Part shown: positions 53,475 to 63,176 of the stretch, piece after piece
Layout: every line of letters begins with the position of its first letter
How positions within the stretch are numbered: the stretch's first letter is position 1
Assembly: GCA_041676785.1 (NCBI GenBank)
Contig: JBAYRF010000004.1
Location: 69,584-133,583, forward strand
Reading direction: 5' to 3'
Source of the DNA: Acidithiobacillus sp.
GTDB taxonomy: Bacteria; Pseudomonadota; Gammaproteobacteria; Acidithiobacillales; Acidithiobacillaceae
Length of the DNA stretch: 64,000 nucleotides
The notes under the pieces: model-generated
Databases searched by the model: none
What the model was told of the DNA's origin: nothing
What the model saw: only the letters and a program-made list of their open reading frames with translations
Program-made: the position numbers and the translations under genes

Positions 53475-53756
53475 TCAGGGTTCAAGGGGTAAATCAATAA
53501 TGGTTGTTTTTCGACTGGCATCCGTACGGATCCAAGCCGTGTATCCGCCAATCTGCCAAGAACTGACAACGGTACCGCCCTCGCTAATAGCTTTTTCACT
53601 CGCCCGGACGACATCGGGGTCTGAAGCTTCATCCCAGTCTGCGGTAACGTGCCGCCGCAACAATTCTTGCGGGTCCAGTTCTCCCGATTCAAAAATCGCC
53701 TGAGCATCAGGAGATACGTAAATAGACCCCAGTTCAAAAAGCATTTTCTTTTCCAT
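53475..53756 (-). CDS. Small conserved hypothetical protein of a plasmid/ICE-associated family
   Basis: FELG.I..SP.A...LLRRHVTADW...T.ASRKTTII.LP pattern. Confidence 0.6.
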   Translation of the reverse strand: MEKKMLFELGSIYVSPDAQAIFESGELDPQELLRRHVTADWDEASDPDVVRASEKAISEGGTVVSSWQIGGYTAWIRTDASRKTTIIDLPLEP

Positions 53757-53785
53757 ATGTTCCTAAGTATAGCAAAATAAACAAA

Positions 53786-54691
53786 TCATAAGGCGAAACC
53801 TTGGGCACGCAGAAAATCACGGCTGGGTGCTGCGCATTGATTCATTAGGGCGATTCGATGCGGGTTACGTCGGGCGCGGCGCGCCCAGATGCGCGGGTTT
53901 TCCAGCCCAGCGGCGGCATAAACTTGTTCAGATGGAAAAAAACAGGTCCGCAAAAACTGTCGGAAGACTTCACGTAGTACCGGGCTGATCATGCGTTTTT
54001 TCAGAGGATGCATAGCCTGACTGCGCATCTGAATCGTGGTGCGCGCAAAGGCCATATGTCGGGCTTCTTCGCGCATGTGTACATGAGTGATAGCCAGTAC
54101 CGCTGCCGGCAGTTCTTTTTGCGCATAGATGAGGCGGTTCATTCGATCGGGAACATTCTCGCCAATCAGAATAGTTGCCCAGAACGCCGCCGAACCTTCT
54201 GGAGCATAACGCGCAAACAATCGAGCAAGTGCTGGTCGTTCATTTAACGGGGTCATGAAAGGCAGGTGAGAACGCCTTTGCAGTTCAAGAAACATCAGAC
54301 TATGTCCGACTTCTTCGCGTAATTCGTGGAGTTGATAGTGGTAACTCGTCGAATCTCGATACATTTCCTGCAGAGAGTTGGCGCTGAGTCTTTGAATAAA
54401 CAAGGCTTCTAGCCAAAGACCGAGTTCACAGAAGGAGACAAATTCGACTTGGGACAAGCGTATGCGTTCTTCTTCGCGCAACTGCGCGTACTCGGGAACT
54501 CCGTGTAGCGAAACCAGGTTTTCGGGAAGCCAAGCGCTTTCTGCGTTCAGAGATTCCCACGGCACGGTTGCGACGGGGTCGCGATACTGGGCGCTGTGTG
54601 TGCTCAAACGGTTGACCAGTGCGTCATGGTGGCGCTGGATCTGGGTTTGGACAGGAATACGTTGCGCTAAAGTCATAAGCCATTGTGCCAC
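53786..54691 (-). CDS. AurF-like ferritin-fold diiron oxygenase
   Basis: Diiron ligands ELGLWLE, ELREEVGH, GENVPD, HMREEARH. Confidence 0.85.
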   Translation of the reverse strand: MAQWLMTLAQRIPVQTQIQRHHDALVNRLSTHSAQYRDPVATVPWESLNAESAWLPENLVSLHGVPEYAQLREEERIRLSQVEFVSFCELGLWLEALFIQRLSANSLQEMYRDSTSYHYQLHELREEVGHSLMFLELQRRSHLPFMTPLNERPALARLFARYAPEGSAAFWATILIGENVPDRMNRLIYAQKELPAAVLAITHVHMREEARHMAFARTTIQMRSQAMHPLKKRMISPVLREVFRQFLRTCFFPSEQVYAAAGLENPRIWARRARRNPHRIALMNQCAAPSRDFLRAQGFAL

Positions 54692-54694
54692 GGT

Positions 54695-55660
54695 CTAGAA
54701 CCGGCTCCAAGCCTTCCAGGGGGCGCGTTGCAGATCGCGACGCACGACGGCAATGGTTTCGCCAACGGTATAGCGCGGTTGCCACCCCAATGCTTGCCGA
54801 GCACGCTCAATATCAACAATGAGCGGATTTTCGAGGACCTGAATCCAGCCCGGATCACCCAGTGCTCGACTGAATGGGCGCAAAGAGCGATGGATGCGGT
54901 GTAACTGTTGAGGAGATAAGGGCAGACGCCATTTTCTGGGGATGGATGACCAGGGTATTGGGTCGGGAGCGGCGATATTGAATATACCGCTTCGCCCATA
55001 GGTTAATGCTGCGAGGAAGGCGGTCACTGCGTCGTCCTCGTGTAGGCACTGGATAGGCAGATCCGGGTTTTTTAGCTTGAGGGTAAAGGGGCTGGTTGCA
55101 ATATCGTTCACTAATTTTTGGCCGTGAGGACCGATAATGGCGTGCAGGCGTAATCGGGTAAACGCGGTGTGCGTCTGTTGCGTCACAAAATCGTCCAGCC
55201 AGTTTTCGAGGTCCCCTTTATCTTCGCTATAGGCGAAACCCGGTACGGGTCGGCAAGGCCAGGACTCATGAATCGGCACCGGGTTGTCTGGCCAAGCTCC
55301 ATAAGCTGCGACGCTGCCAGAATAAATGACTTGCCTAACACCCGCTGCGGATGCGGCCCTAAAAAGGTTTTGGCTGCCGCGCAAATTGATATCGCGCATT
55401 TCATCACGCCATCGAGATTGAGGCCCAAGGTGTGGGCTCAGCACCATAAAAGCCAGATGGATAACGCAGTCGATGCCCGCGAGCACAGGGACAAGTTGCG
55501 GGCTTCGGATGTCCATGATCAGGACTCGGAGCTTGGGGTGTACTATCGGCGGTGTGCAGCGATCCAGAGCAATCAGCTCTTGCACATCCGACCGGTGCAA
55601 AAGTGTGGGTATGAGCGCGGCGGCTGTATGACCCGCCGCTCCGGTTATCAGAATACGCAT
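54695..55660 (-). CDS. Extended SDR / NAD-dependent epimerase-dehydratase
   Basis: ITGAAGHTA, VIHLAF, INLRGS, YSEDK (YxxxK). Confidence 0.88.
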   Translation of the reverse strand: MRILITGAAGHTAAALIPTLLHRSDVQELIALDRCTPPIVHPKLRVLIMDIRSPQLVPVLAGIDCVIHLAFMVLSPHLGPQSRWRDEMRDINLRGSQNLFRAASAAGVRQVIYSGSVAAYGAWPDNPVPIHESWPCRPVPGFAYSEDKGDLENWLDDFVTQQTHTAFTRLRLHAIIGPHGQKLVNDIATSPFTLKLKNPDLPIQCLHEDDAVTAFLAALTYGRSGIFNIAAPDPIPWSSIPRKWRLPLSPQQLHRIHRSLRPFSRALGDPGWIQVLENPLIVDIERARQALGWQPRYTVGETIAVVRRDLQRAPWKAWSRF

Positions 55661-56745
55661 TAGTTGTGATGGATATCCCGTAGGGCAGGGAGAACCTCTT
55701 TGGCCAGGAGTTCCATGGAACGGCGCGTAACGGCGCTGGGAACCATGCCAGCACCCACAGCAAGGATCAGTCGGTCTACTCCTGCCCGAGCATAACGAGA
55801 CAGCTTCTCGCGGCAGGTGGCGGGATCACCGACTACCACCATGCCCATAGTCTCTAAAAGCCGCAAGTTGAGGCCGCGCCGCAATAGTGGCTCCAGAAAA
55901 CCGAGGCGGTGATAGTACTCATAACTTTCTCGAAGTTGTGCCAGCACCGGTCGAGTTTGATCCAGCAACCGCTGATAGTACCAAGTAAATCCTTCCCCAA
56001 GTCGGCGCGCCTCTGCGCCATCTTCTAGACACAGGCAGCCTATGGTCATTGCAAAACCATTATTCTGACCCGGTTGTAGGGTGCCCAGGCCATGCTGCTG
56101 ATGCCAGCTTTTTTTGTAGACGCGCAAATCCTGTTTGATGAGAAACCAGGGCTTGAAAGGGCCGGAGAGCACACCGATGCCTTCCTTTGCCGCCCATTGA
56201 AAGGTGTCAGGACTGACAGCCGCAGTCCAGATGGGCGGATGTGGTTGCTGAAGTGATTTGGGTAAAACATCCAAGCTCTCAAATTGATAGAGTTTGCCTT
56301 CATGGCTGAATGGCGCTCCACCGGCTTGACGAAGAATTTGTAAACCTTCTTGCATATGCGTGCGGCTATCGGCCATTTGGCTACCAAAAAGTGCATACTC
56401 TTTCGGCGAAAAACCGCGTCCAATCCCCAGATCCAGGCGACCATTGCTCAGAATGTCGAGAGCGGCGACGCGCTCTGCGACTCGGATAATATGATTATAG
56501 GGGAGTACGACCACTGCATGGCCCAGCCGGAGATGGCGCGTGCGCTGACTGGCAGCCGCCAAAAAGACTTCGGGTGCGCTGGAATGCGAGTATTCCCGCA
56601 TGAAATGATGCTCTACGAACCACGCCCCATGAAAACCGAGGCTATCGGCGAGGCTGAGTTCATCCAGCGTTTCATGATAAACTTGGGCCTCGCTGCGGCC
56701 GAGATGCGTCGGAACTGCGAGTTCGTAAAAGAGATCAATTTCCAC
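55660..56745 (-). CDS. Luciferase-like (LLM) flavin-dependent monooxygenase
   Basis: GFHGAWFVEHHF, SAPEVFLAA, AALDILSNGRLDLGIGRG; GTG start at 56745 with GGAGG. Confidence 0.9.
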   Translation of the reverse strand: MEIDLFYELAVPTHLGRSEAQVYHETLDELSLADSLGFHGAWFVEHHFMREYSHSSAPEVFLAAASQRTRHLRLGHAVVVLPYNHIIRVAERVAALDILSNGRLDLGIGRGFSPKEYALFGSQMADSRTHMQEGLQILRQAGGAPFSHEGKLYQFESLDVLPKSLQQPHPPIWTAAVSPDTFQWAAKEGIGVLSGPFKPWFLIKQDLRVYKKSWHQQHGLGTLQPGQNNGFAMTIGCLCLEDGAEARRLGEGFTWYYQRLLDQTRPVLAQLRESYEYYHRLGFLEPLLRRGLNLRLLETMGMVVVGDPATCREKLSRYARAGVDRLILAVGAGMVPSAVTRRSMELLAKEVLPALRDIHHN

Positions 56746-56760
56746 TGTATTGGAGCCTCC

Positions 56761-57012
56761 ATGACCCTTGCCAAACCAAGCACCCCGCGCCAAATTGCCG
56801 AACGGATGCAGATTGCTATCTTAACATCAGAGCAAATGCGCCTGCACTGGGCGGACGAAAACACGGGTATTCACTATATGGAAGTGGTTTTGCCGCTTGA
56901 GTGGCAGGAAAGCTCTGATGGTGATTACTTGTTGTGCCGAGTTCTGGCCGAAAATCTTGAGGTCAGAGTGCGGGTAGACCTTATCCAGAACCTGCCCGCA
57001 CCGGTTAAATAA
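56761..57012 (+). CDS. Rof-like (Rho-binding antiterminator) small protein
   Basis: 83 aa; QIAI...QMRLHW...VVLPLE....GDYLL...VRVDLI resembles the Rof family; GGAG RBS. Confidence 0.55.
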   Translation: MTLAKPSTPRQIAERMQIAILTSEQMRLHWADENTGIHYMEVVLPLEWQESSDGDYLLCRVLAENLEVRVRVDLIQNLPAPVK

Positions 57013-57046
57013 ATCCGAATGGTCTGCTTGAAAGACGTTGTTGTCT

Positions 57047-57622
57047 TCAACTCTCTGTATGTTCTCCGGAGAGGTTGAGGACTTGTGGAAACAGCTTCTC
57101 CCGATAGTAGGCAAGCTCATCAATAGACTCGCGAATGTCCGCCAGTGCCTCGTGTCGTTCGGCTTTGGGGAATCGGGGAAAACCCGGATACCAGCGTGTT
57201 GATAGCTCCTTCAGTGTACTCACATCAATCATTCGATAGTGAAAAAATCGTTCCAGACGCGGCATTAAGCGCGCGAGGAAGCGGCGGTCTTGGCAGACGC
57301 TGTTGCCACAAATCGGTGAGCTACCCGCTACGACATGGGTTTGTAGAAAGTCTAGGGTTTGCATTTCGACCATAGTCGTATCCAAGCGACTCTCACGAAC
57401 CCTTTGTAGAAGGCCGGAATGACTGTGGGTGCGTTGGTTCCAGTCGTCCATTTGGTTCAGGGTAGATTCGGGATGATGTACGGCGAGTACTGGCCCCTCA
57501 CAGAGTACACGAAGCTGGTTGTCCGTAACGATGGTAGCGATTTCCAGAATTTCATCCTGCTCTGGATGTAGGCCCGTCATTTCGAGATCAATCCAGACCA
57601 GACGTTGGGCTTTGGGGTCCAT
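57047..57622 (-). CDS. orn: Oligoribonuclease
   Basis: [43 protein letters not shown]. Confidence 0.97.
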   Translation of the reverse strand: MDPKAQRLVWIDLEMTGLHPEQDEILEIATIVTDNQLRVLCEGPVLAVHHPESTLNQMDDWNQRTHSHSGLLQRVRESRLDTTMVEMQTLDFLQTHVVAGSSPICGNSVCQDRRFLARLMPRLERFFHYRMIDVSTLKELSTRWYPGFPRFPKAERHEALADIRESIDELAYYREKLFPQVLNLSGEHTES

Positions 57623-57676
57623 GCGACATCCTTGTTGACTAAACAATTTGGAGTGTACCACGGGAGCATATATATA

Positions 57677-57705
57677 AAAAAAGACGGATCAAAGACCCGT
57701 CTAAT
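57677..57705 (-). terminator. Orphan minus-strand terminator upstream of orn
   Basis: AGACGG-loop-CCGTCT followed by a T-run on the minus strand. Confidence 0.45.
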
Positions 57706-57911
57706 AGCCGCAAAACAACCGCTACAAAACTTCAATCGCAATGCCTCGTGTTAACTACTTATGAATCCGGCTTGCTGAATAATTCGCTCCACTCTATCTT
57801 TTGGTTTGGGTACCGCTGCTGCCTATGGTGTTATAATGCTCCGCAATTATTTCCAGAATATTTCCTGAAAAGTGGCTTGATTATTGGGTGCAGTGAAAAG
57901 TGAGGTGGATC

Positions 57912-58595
57912 GTGGCAGTTGTTCTGATAGTCGATGATGATCAAAGGCTTGCGTCTATGTTGCAGGAGTTTCTTGAAGCGCAAGGATTCGCGGTGCTCCT
58001 CGCGGGGAATGGTCAGCAGATGCGACAACAACTGGCTGTTGGGCCGGTGGATGTCATCGTGCTCGATTGGATGTTGCCAGGACAAGACGGTATTAGCCTC
58101 GCTAAGGAGTTGCGGAGTCAGGAGAGTGGGCCACCCATTTTAATGCTTTCAGCACGCGGCGAAGATGAGGAGCGTATTCTTGGCCTTGAAAGTGGGGTCG
58201 ACGACTACCTTGCAAAACCCTTTAATGCTCGGGAATTACTGGCGCGTTTGCGGGCGCTGTTGCGGCGATCCGGTAAGGATGAAGGGGGTGAGAAACTACA
58301 GTTTGGTCGTTTTCGGTTGCAGTTTGCCGAGCGCCGCTTATATCAAAATGACCAGGAAGTGGATGTAAATCCCGCCGAAATGGACTTGCTCATGGTTTTT
58401 GCGCAACGCCCGAAGCGGATTCTCAGTCGTGACTTTTTATTACAGTTGTTGGGTGGGGAAGAGGACGGTCGCTTTGATCGCAGTATTGATGTGCGTGTGA
58501 CACGATTGCGCAAGGTCATCGAAGAAAACCCTCGACAGCCTCGATTTCTGCAGACGGAGCGGGGTGTTGGCTACCGTTTTGAGCCGGGGCTATGA
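57912..58595 (+). CDS. OmpR-family response regulator
   Basis: LIVDDD, VLDWMLPG, DDYLAKPF, winged-helix RSIDVRVTRLR, TERGVGY. Confidence 0.95.
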   Translation: MAVVLIVDDDQRLASMLQEFLEAQGFAVLLAGNGQQMRQQLAVGPVDVIVLDWMLPGQDGISLAKELRSQESGPPILMLSARGEDEERILGLESGVDDYLAKPFNARELLARLRALLRRSGKDEGGEKLQFGRFRLQFAERRLYQNDQEVDVNPAEMDLLMVFAQRPKRILSRDFLLQLLGGEEDGRFDRSIDVRVTRLRKVIEENPRQPRFLQTERGVGYRFEPGL

Positions 58596-59887
58596 ACTTT
58601 TGGCGTGGCCGCAGCCTGTTTTCGCAAACCGCCTGGACCTTGGGATTGGGCATCGTGCTTCTGCAGATTTTAACATTGGTGATTATAGTACTAGCGGTTC
58701 TGTATCCGCTGGCTGAGCGATCGGCAGAAGACCTTGCGGGGTTAATAGTGGTGAGCGCCAAAACCTACACCGAACTTTCCCCATCCGAGCGTCCCGCATT
58801 TTTGGCCAGTCTTAAAGCCGATAATGGTGTGGAAATAGCCTCGGCGTTGGATCACTCGGTCACCCATAATCATGGGCATATTTATGGATGGTTACTGAGT
58901 CAGGCTTTGAGTAAGCGACTGGGAAAGTCGGTACCGGTAGACGTACTGGGCGGAGCGGTGCGCACCTTCTGGGTGCCCGTGAATATATCTGGGCAAACCA
59001 TATGGGTGCATTTTGATCGGGGACGTCTGGCTTCTTCGCTTCCCGTGGCCATGATTTTTGTGTTGGCATTTTCAACGCTGGCGCTGGTAGTGCTGACCAT
59101 GATTTTGGTGCGGCGTGTATTGCGACCACTCGGTGTAATCTCTGAAGCCTTGCGGGGTTCTCTTAAGGCACCATTGCCGAGGCTACCGCCGACGGGCGCC
59201 TACGAATTCCAAAATATCCTAGATATTTTTGCGGAGTTGCGGACGCGATTACAGGCTATGATTAATCATCAATCATTATTGTTGTCGGGCATTTCTCACG
59301 ATTTGCGCTCACCATTGGCTCGTCTGCGTATGGCTTGGGAGCTGCTGCCAGAAAATACCCCCAAACATTTGCAGGAAGGCATGATTCAGGACATTGAGCG
59401 TATGGATGCTCTGTTGGCGCAATCTTTAGCGCTGGGACGGGGTATGGCCGCCAAGGTGGCGGATTTCGATTTGATGGTATTATTAGAAGAAGTTGCGGCC
59501 GATTTTAAGCGTGCCGGCGGTCAATGGACGGCAAACTTGCCACGGCGATACCCTTTGCGTGGTGATCGGGAAGCGCTACGACGTTTACTTTCCAACCTGC
59601 TGGATAATACCATTCGCTATGGTGGTGGGCAGGTGCAAGTGGGGTTTCGAAAGGCTGGGAATCAAATCCAGATACGTTTGTGTGATTCTGGGGTTGGTAT
59701 TCCAGAACAGGATTTAGAGAAAGTTTTTGAGCCATTTATTCGCCTAGACGATGCGCGCGGCCATAGTGAGGGGAGTGGTCTGGGTTTAGCGATTGCCAGG
59801 CAGTTGGCGGAAGCGCAGGGGATGCGCTTACGTTTGTTAAACGCGCCATCAGGCGGTCTGTGTGCTGAATTGTCCTGGAACATTTGA
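58592..59887 (+). CDS. EnvZ-like sensor histidine kinase
   Basis: Two TM helices, H-box SHDLRSPL, NLLDN, DSGVGI, GLGLAI. Confidence 0.95.
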   Translation: MNFWRGRSLFSQTAWTLGLGIVLLQILTLVIIVLAVLYPLAERSAEDLAGLIVVSAKTYTELSPSERPAFLASLKADNGVEIASALDHSVTHNHGHIYGWLLSQALSKRLGKSVPVDVLGGAVRTFWVPVNISGQTIWVHFDRGRLASSLPVAMIFVLAFSTLALVVLTMILVRRVLRPLGVISEALRGSLKAPLPRLPPTGAYEFQNILDIFAELRTRLQAMINHQSLLLSGISHDLRSPLARLRMAWELLPENTPKHLQEGMIQDIERMDALLAQSLALGRGMAAKVADFDLMVLLEEVAADFKRAGGQWTANLPRRYPLRGDREALRRLLSNLLDNTIRYGGGQVQVGFRKAGNQIQIRLCDSGVGIPEQDLEKVFEPFIRLDDARGHSEGSGLGLAIARQLAEAQGMRLRLLNAPSGGLCAELSWNI

Positions 59888-59905
59888 CCTATTACTCAAT
59901 TACCC

Positions 59906-61285
59906 CTAAATATAACCTAATTCGCGGCCAGTGATTTTATGTTCCCATAAGATTTTGCCGTGAGTATCTTTACAGCATAAGCGGAGATGTCGATTAGTGC
60001 CTTGACCTAGAAAGTCTATGCTGCAGTAATTACGAGCCTCCACCAAAGTGCCCGGCACTCGATAAGGATTGTTATCGCCTTTTGCCGGACTGGAGTTGAG
60101 CGGAGAACTGGTGAGCTCCCAAAGGGGGTAATCGTGTTTTCCGCTATAATGCGGACGAGGACGCTTCATGAGCTCGCTGATGTGTCGGTCACCCGATAAA
60201 AATAATAATCCCCTAATGTTGGTATTTTGAAGCCAATCCATAAAATCCTGACGCTCTTCAGGATAAAGATTCCAACCTTCGTATGCGTCATCGTCGTTAA
60301 ACAGTTGACCACCTGCAGCGACGATTTTAAAGTGCGCACGCGAACTGAGTAGGGCGTTTTTTAGCCACGTCATCTGCGCTGTTCCGAACATCATTTTGCC
60401 ACGACTCAGAGGGGCAGCATCTGCGTCTCGGTACCAGCGATCATCCAAAAGAAAAAAATCGGCATCGTTCAAAGAAAATTGGGTGAAAACGCCCGGAGTA
60501 CCCGGTAGCCCATAGCTGGGATTAGCCCAATAATTCTGGAATAAACGCAGCGAAGTTCCTTTAAGGACGAAACTACTATCACTGTCGTTAGCGCCGTAAT
60601 CGTGGTCATCCCAGATTGCGGTTTGCCGTGTAGATCGCAAAAATTTTTGCAACGGTGGAAAAGCGCGATCTGACCAATAACGCATGGCCATGCCGCCCGG
60701 ACTTTCTATGTCGGCTTCACGAAAATAAAGGTTGTCACCAAGCCAGATCATCAAATCAGCGGCTTCTGCGACCATGGGTTCATAAATTTCGTAGCCGCCG
60801 CCATAGGGTTTGCCTGGGCGATCATAATAGGGATCATTTATATAAGCACAGGAGCCCGTCAGTACTTTGAAGTTAGGCGCAGGATGCCGCCACTGCCAAA
60901 GCGCGGGAATATGGATCGGGATGCCCGGAACATCAATGGCCTTATTGTCTAATTGAACTTCGGTTTGATAAATTGTTCCCGGGCGTAAATCATTCAGTGT
61001 TATCAGCGCCGTAAAAAATCCAGCGGCACTGGTGTGAAAGTGGTCAGTGTACTGTTTCAGTTCAGGTTCTCCGGTGGGCCAAAAGGCCACGCGCACGTCT
61101 GCCGCGCCTAGAGTTTGCAACCAGATGTTGGCAGATCTTTGCGCGGGATATCCGGTCATCGGACCAGCATGTAAAGTGGTAGCGCGAGCGGGTAGGCTCA
61201 ACGCCATAGCGTTGAGTGGCCAGCTTAACGTGGCGCCGAGGCTGATACAGCTTCCCGTTAAAAATTGTCGACGATTGATGATCAT
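59906..61285 (-). CDS. phoD: PhoD-family phosphatase/phosphodiesterase with Tat signal
   Basis: RRQFL twin-arginine signal, GSC, GDNLY, WDDHDY, LDDRWYR, SGDRH. Confidence 0.9.
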   Translation of the reverse strand: MIINRRQFLTGSCISLGATLSWPLNAMALSLPARATTLHAGPMTGYPAQRSANIWLQTLGAADVRVAFWPTGEPELKQYTDHFHTSAAGFFTALITLNDLRPGTIYQTEVQLDNKAIDVPGIPIHIPALWQWRHPAPNFKVLTGSCAYINDPYYDRPGKPYGGGYEIYEPMVAEAADLMIWLGDNLYFREADIESPGGMAMRYWSDRAFPPLQKFLRSTRQTAIWDDHDYGANDSDSSFVLKGTSLRLFQNYWANPSYGLPGTPGVFTQFSLNDADFFLLDDRWYRDADAAPLSRGKMMFGTAQMTWLKNALLSSRAHFKIVAAGGQLFNDDDAYEGWNLYPEERQDFMDWLQNTNIRGLLFLSGDRHISELMKRPRPHYSGKHDYPLWELTSSPLNSSPAKGDNNPYRVPGTLVEARNYCSIDFLGQGTNRHLRLCCKDTHGKILWEHKITGRELGYI

Positions 61286-61313
61286 AACTATTACACGCTC
61301 CTATAATTCATTT

Positions 61314-62039
61314 TTAGTTTGCATCGTCGAGTTTAAATTCAACCCAGACCGTTAAAGCAAAGATTTTGTCTTCCAATCCTTTTGGGATTGCGGGTAATTG
61401 AGTATTTCGAAGCGCTGCCATCGCCGCGCTGTCAAAGGCGCTCATGCTGCCTTTCTGTACGATATTAACGGCGCTGATCTGATTATTATGCAGCGTAAAT
61501 CGGACTAAAACCCGACCATTTTCTCCAAGCATTTTCGCCGATTCTGGAAAATGCACCGCAGCCTGTATCGCTCCTTTTACATGACTTAAGTATTCTTCGC
61601 GAACCGCCAGATTTATCGGAGGAGCGCTAGGTGGCGGCGGCGGAGTGGGCACTACAACCTTTGGTGTCGGGGCCTGGACTGGGCTGGGTGCCGGTGATGG
61701 CGGTATAGGAACAGGGGCTGCTTCCTGTATCGCCTTATGAAATATCTGCCGAGGATGTGGTGTAGGTTTTGGCGTAGGATTTGGTTTAGGTTGTACCTCT
61801 GGCTTGGGCAAAGGGGCTGGCGGTGTAACCATTTTAGGTGGTGTTGGAGGAACCAAGCTAATAGTGACAGGTGTCATTGTGGCTACCGGAGGGACGGTGT
61901 GCTGGGAACTTTTCCAGATGACACCTGCAATAAACAAGGACTCTACAATGAATGCAGTAGCCAGAGCCCAACGCCCACTACGCGCTGTAGAGGGCGGGCG
62001 TACCAGTTCTCCGAGAGAACGCAGATCAGTAGCCATCAT
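61314..62039 (-). CDS. tonB: TonB energy transducer
   Basis: TM anchor, Pro-rich linker, C-terminal YxxxxxxxI...FPESA...GRVLVRF. Confidence 0.9.
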   Translation of the reverse strand: MMATDLRSLGELVRPPSTARSGRWALATAFIVESLFIAGVIWKSSQHTVPPVATMTPVTISLVPPTPPKMVTPPAPLPKPEVQPKPNPTPKPTPHPRQIFHKAIQEAAPVPIPPSPAPSPVQAPTPKVVVPTPPPPPSAPPINLAVREEYLSHVKGAIQAAVHFPESAKMLGENGRVLVRFTLHNNQISAVNIVQKGSMSAFDSAAMAALRNTQLPAIPKGLEDKIFALTVWVEFKLDDAN

Positions 62040-62428
62040 TGCACCGGCTTGGCAGCTAGGCCGATGGCAGTAACCCCGGCATTACGGCAGGCATCCATAA
62101 CTTTTACAAGCGACTGAATATCAGCACCTTTATCGGCAGCAATAGTGACCTGAGTGGATTCCGGACTGTGTTGGCTGAGGCGCTCGCGGAGCGCGGTAAG
62201 GCTCATTATTTTCCCGTCCATTTCCACACTGCCATCCACATGAAGCGTTAATACGACTTTTGGTTTTGGGAGTTCCTGTGCGGAGCTAGAGCCCGGCAAA
62301 TGTGCGGGAAGTCCCTTACTGGGGATCATTTGCACAGTAATCATAATAAAGAAGATGAGTAAAAAAAGCATAATATCAATCATTGGGATGATTTCTACAC
62401 GGCCTTTTTTTAATTCTAAATATTGCAT
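62036..62428 (-). CDS. exbD: ExbD/TolR protein
   Basis: IIPMIDIMLFLLIFF, IAADK, VMDAC. Confidence 0.93.
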   Translation of the reverse strand: MQYLELKKGRVEIIPMIDIMLFLLIFFIMITVQMIPSKGLPAHLPGSSSAQELPKPKVVLTLHVDGSVEMDGKIMSLTALRERLSQHSPESTQVTIAADKGADIQSLVKVMDACRNAGVTAIGLAAKPVQ

Positions 62429-62431
62429 GAT

Positions 62432-63109
62432 TTAAGCCTTTTGAGCGGCATAAACGACGGGCTTGGCCTCATTGGTGATCAGCGCGTGGCTATGATCTAG
62501 TCCGTCTAAGCGATTGATCAGCATGGTTCGTAGGGTTTCCATCTGATGGACAACAAATCGCATTTGATTTTGCAGGCCGTTAAAACTGATCAAACCAATA
62601 ATAGCGATCACCAGACCCGCTGCAGTAGCTATAAGCGCTTCAGCGACGCTACCAGTAATGGCTGTCGGATTGCTCGCTGCATTATTTAGAATCTGGAATG
62701 CATTAAACATCCCAATGATAGTACCCAGCAGGCCGAGCAAAGGTGCTAGGGTAACGGTGGTATCTAGCAGCCAAAGTCGCTTATCAAGCAACGGTACTTG
62801 ACGCATGACGGCTTCTTGTAGCACTTCTGAAAGTCTTCCACTATCGTGAATATTAGGAAAACGAATAGGTACTTCGATCAGGGCACGGAAGGGGAACTCA
62901 GAAGATTCGGCCAAGGGACGCAGAGACTGTGGTTTGATGTCCGCGATTTTTTCAACAGCTTGCGCCGCTTTCTCGCCGAGATGACTCATTCGGTTGAGAA
63001 AAATAAAGCGCTCAATGCTTACCCATAGCACAATTAACAAAAGAATCGGCATTATATACAAAATACCACCAGATTGGGTGGCGACGGCAGCGATAGAAGA
63101 AAAGTTCAT
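62432..63109 (-). CDS. exbB: ExbB (MotA/TolQ) proton channel
   Basis: LAPLLGLLGTIIGM, AEALIATAAGL.IAI. Confidence 0.93.
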   Translation of the reverse strand: MNFSSIAAVATQSGGILYIMPILLLIVLWVSIERFIFLNRMSHLGEKAAQAVEKIADIKPQSLRPLAESSEFPFRALIEVPIRFPNIHDSGRLSEVLQEAVMRQVPLLDKRLWLLDTTVTLAPLLGLLGTIIGMFNAFQILNNAASNPTAITGSVAEALIATAAGLVIAIIGLISFNGLQNQMRFVVHQMETLRTMLINRLDGLDHSHALITNEAKPVVYAAQKA

Positions 63110-63176
63110 GATTAATTCCTTTAAAATTCGTATAGCCCTCTCCAGTTCTGTAGATAAGGGCTATGCTTGTGGCTAT

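Noticed and set aside
56827-57123. Minus-strand 98-aa ORF as an alternative to the Rof-like gene
   Set aside because: Overlaps orn and has no recognisable pattern; the plus-strand ORF has an RBS and family-like residues
61600-61860. Low-complexity GGT/GGC repeats
   Set aside because: Explained by the Pro-rich TonB linker on the minus strand
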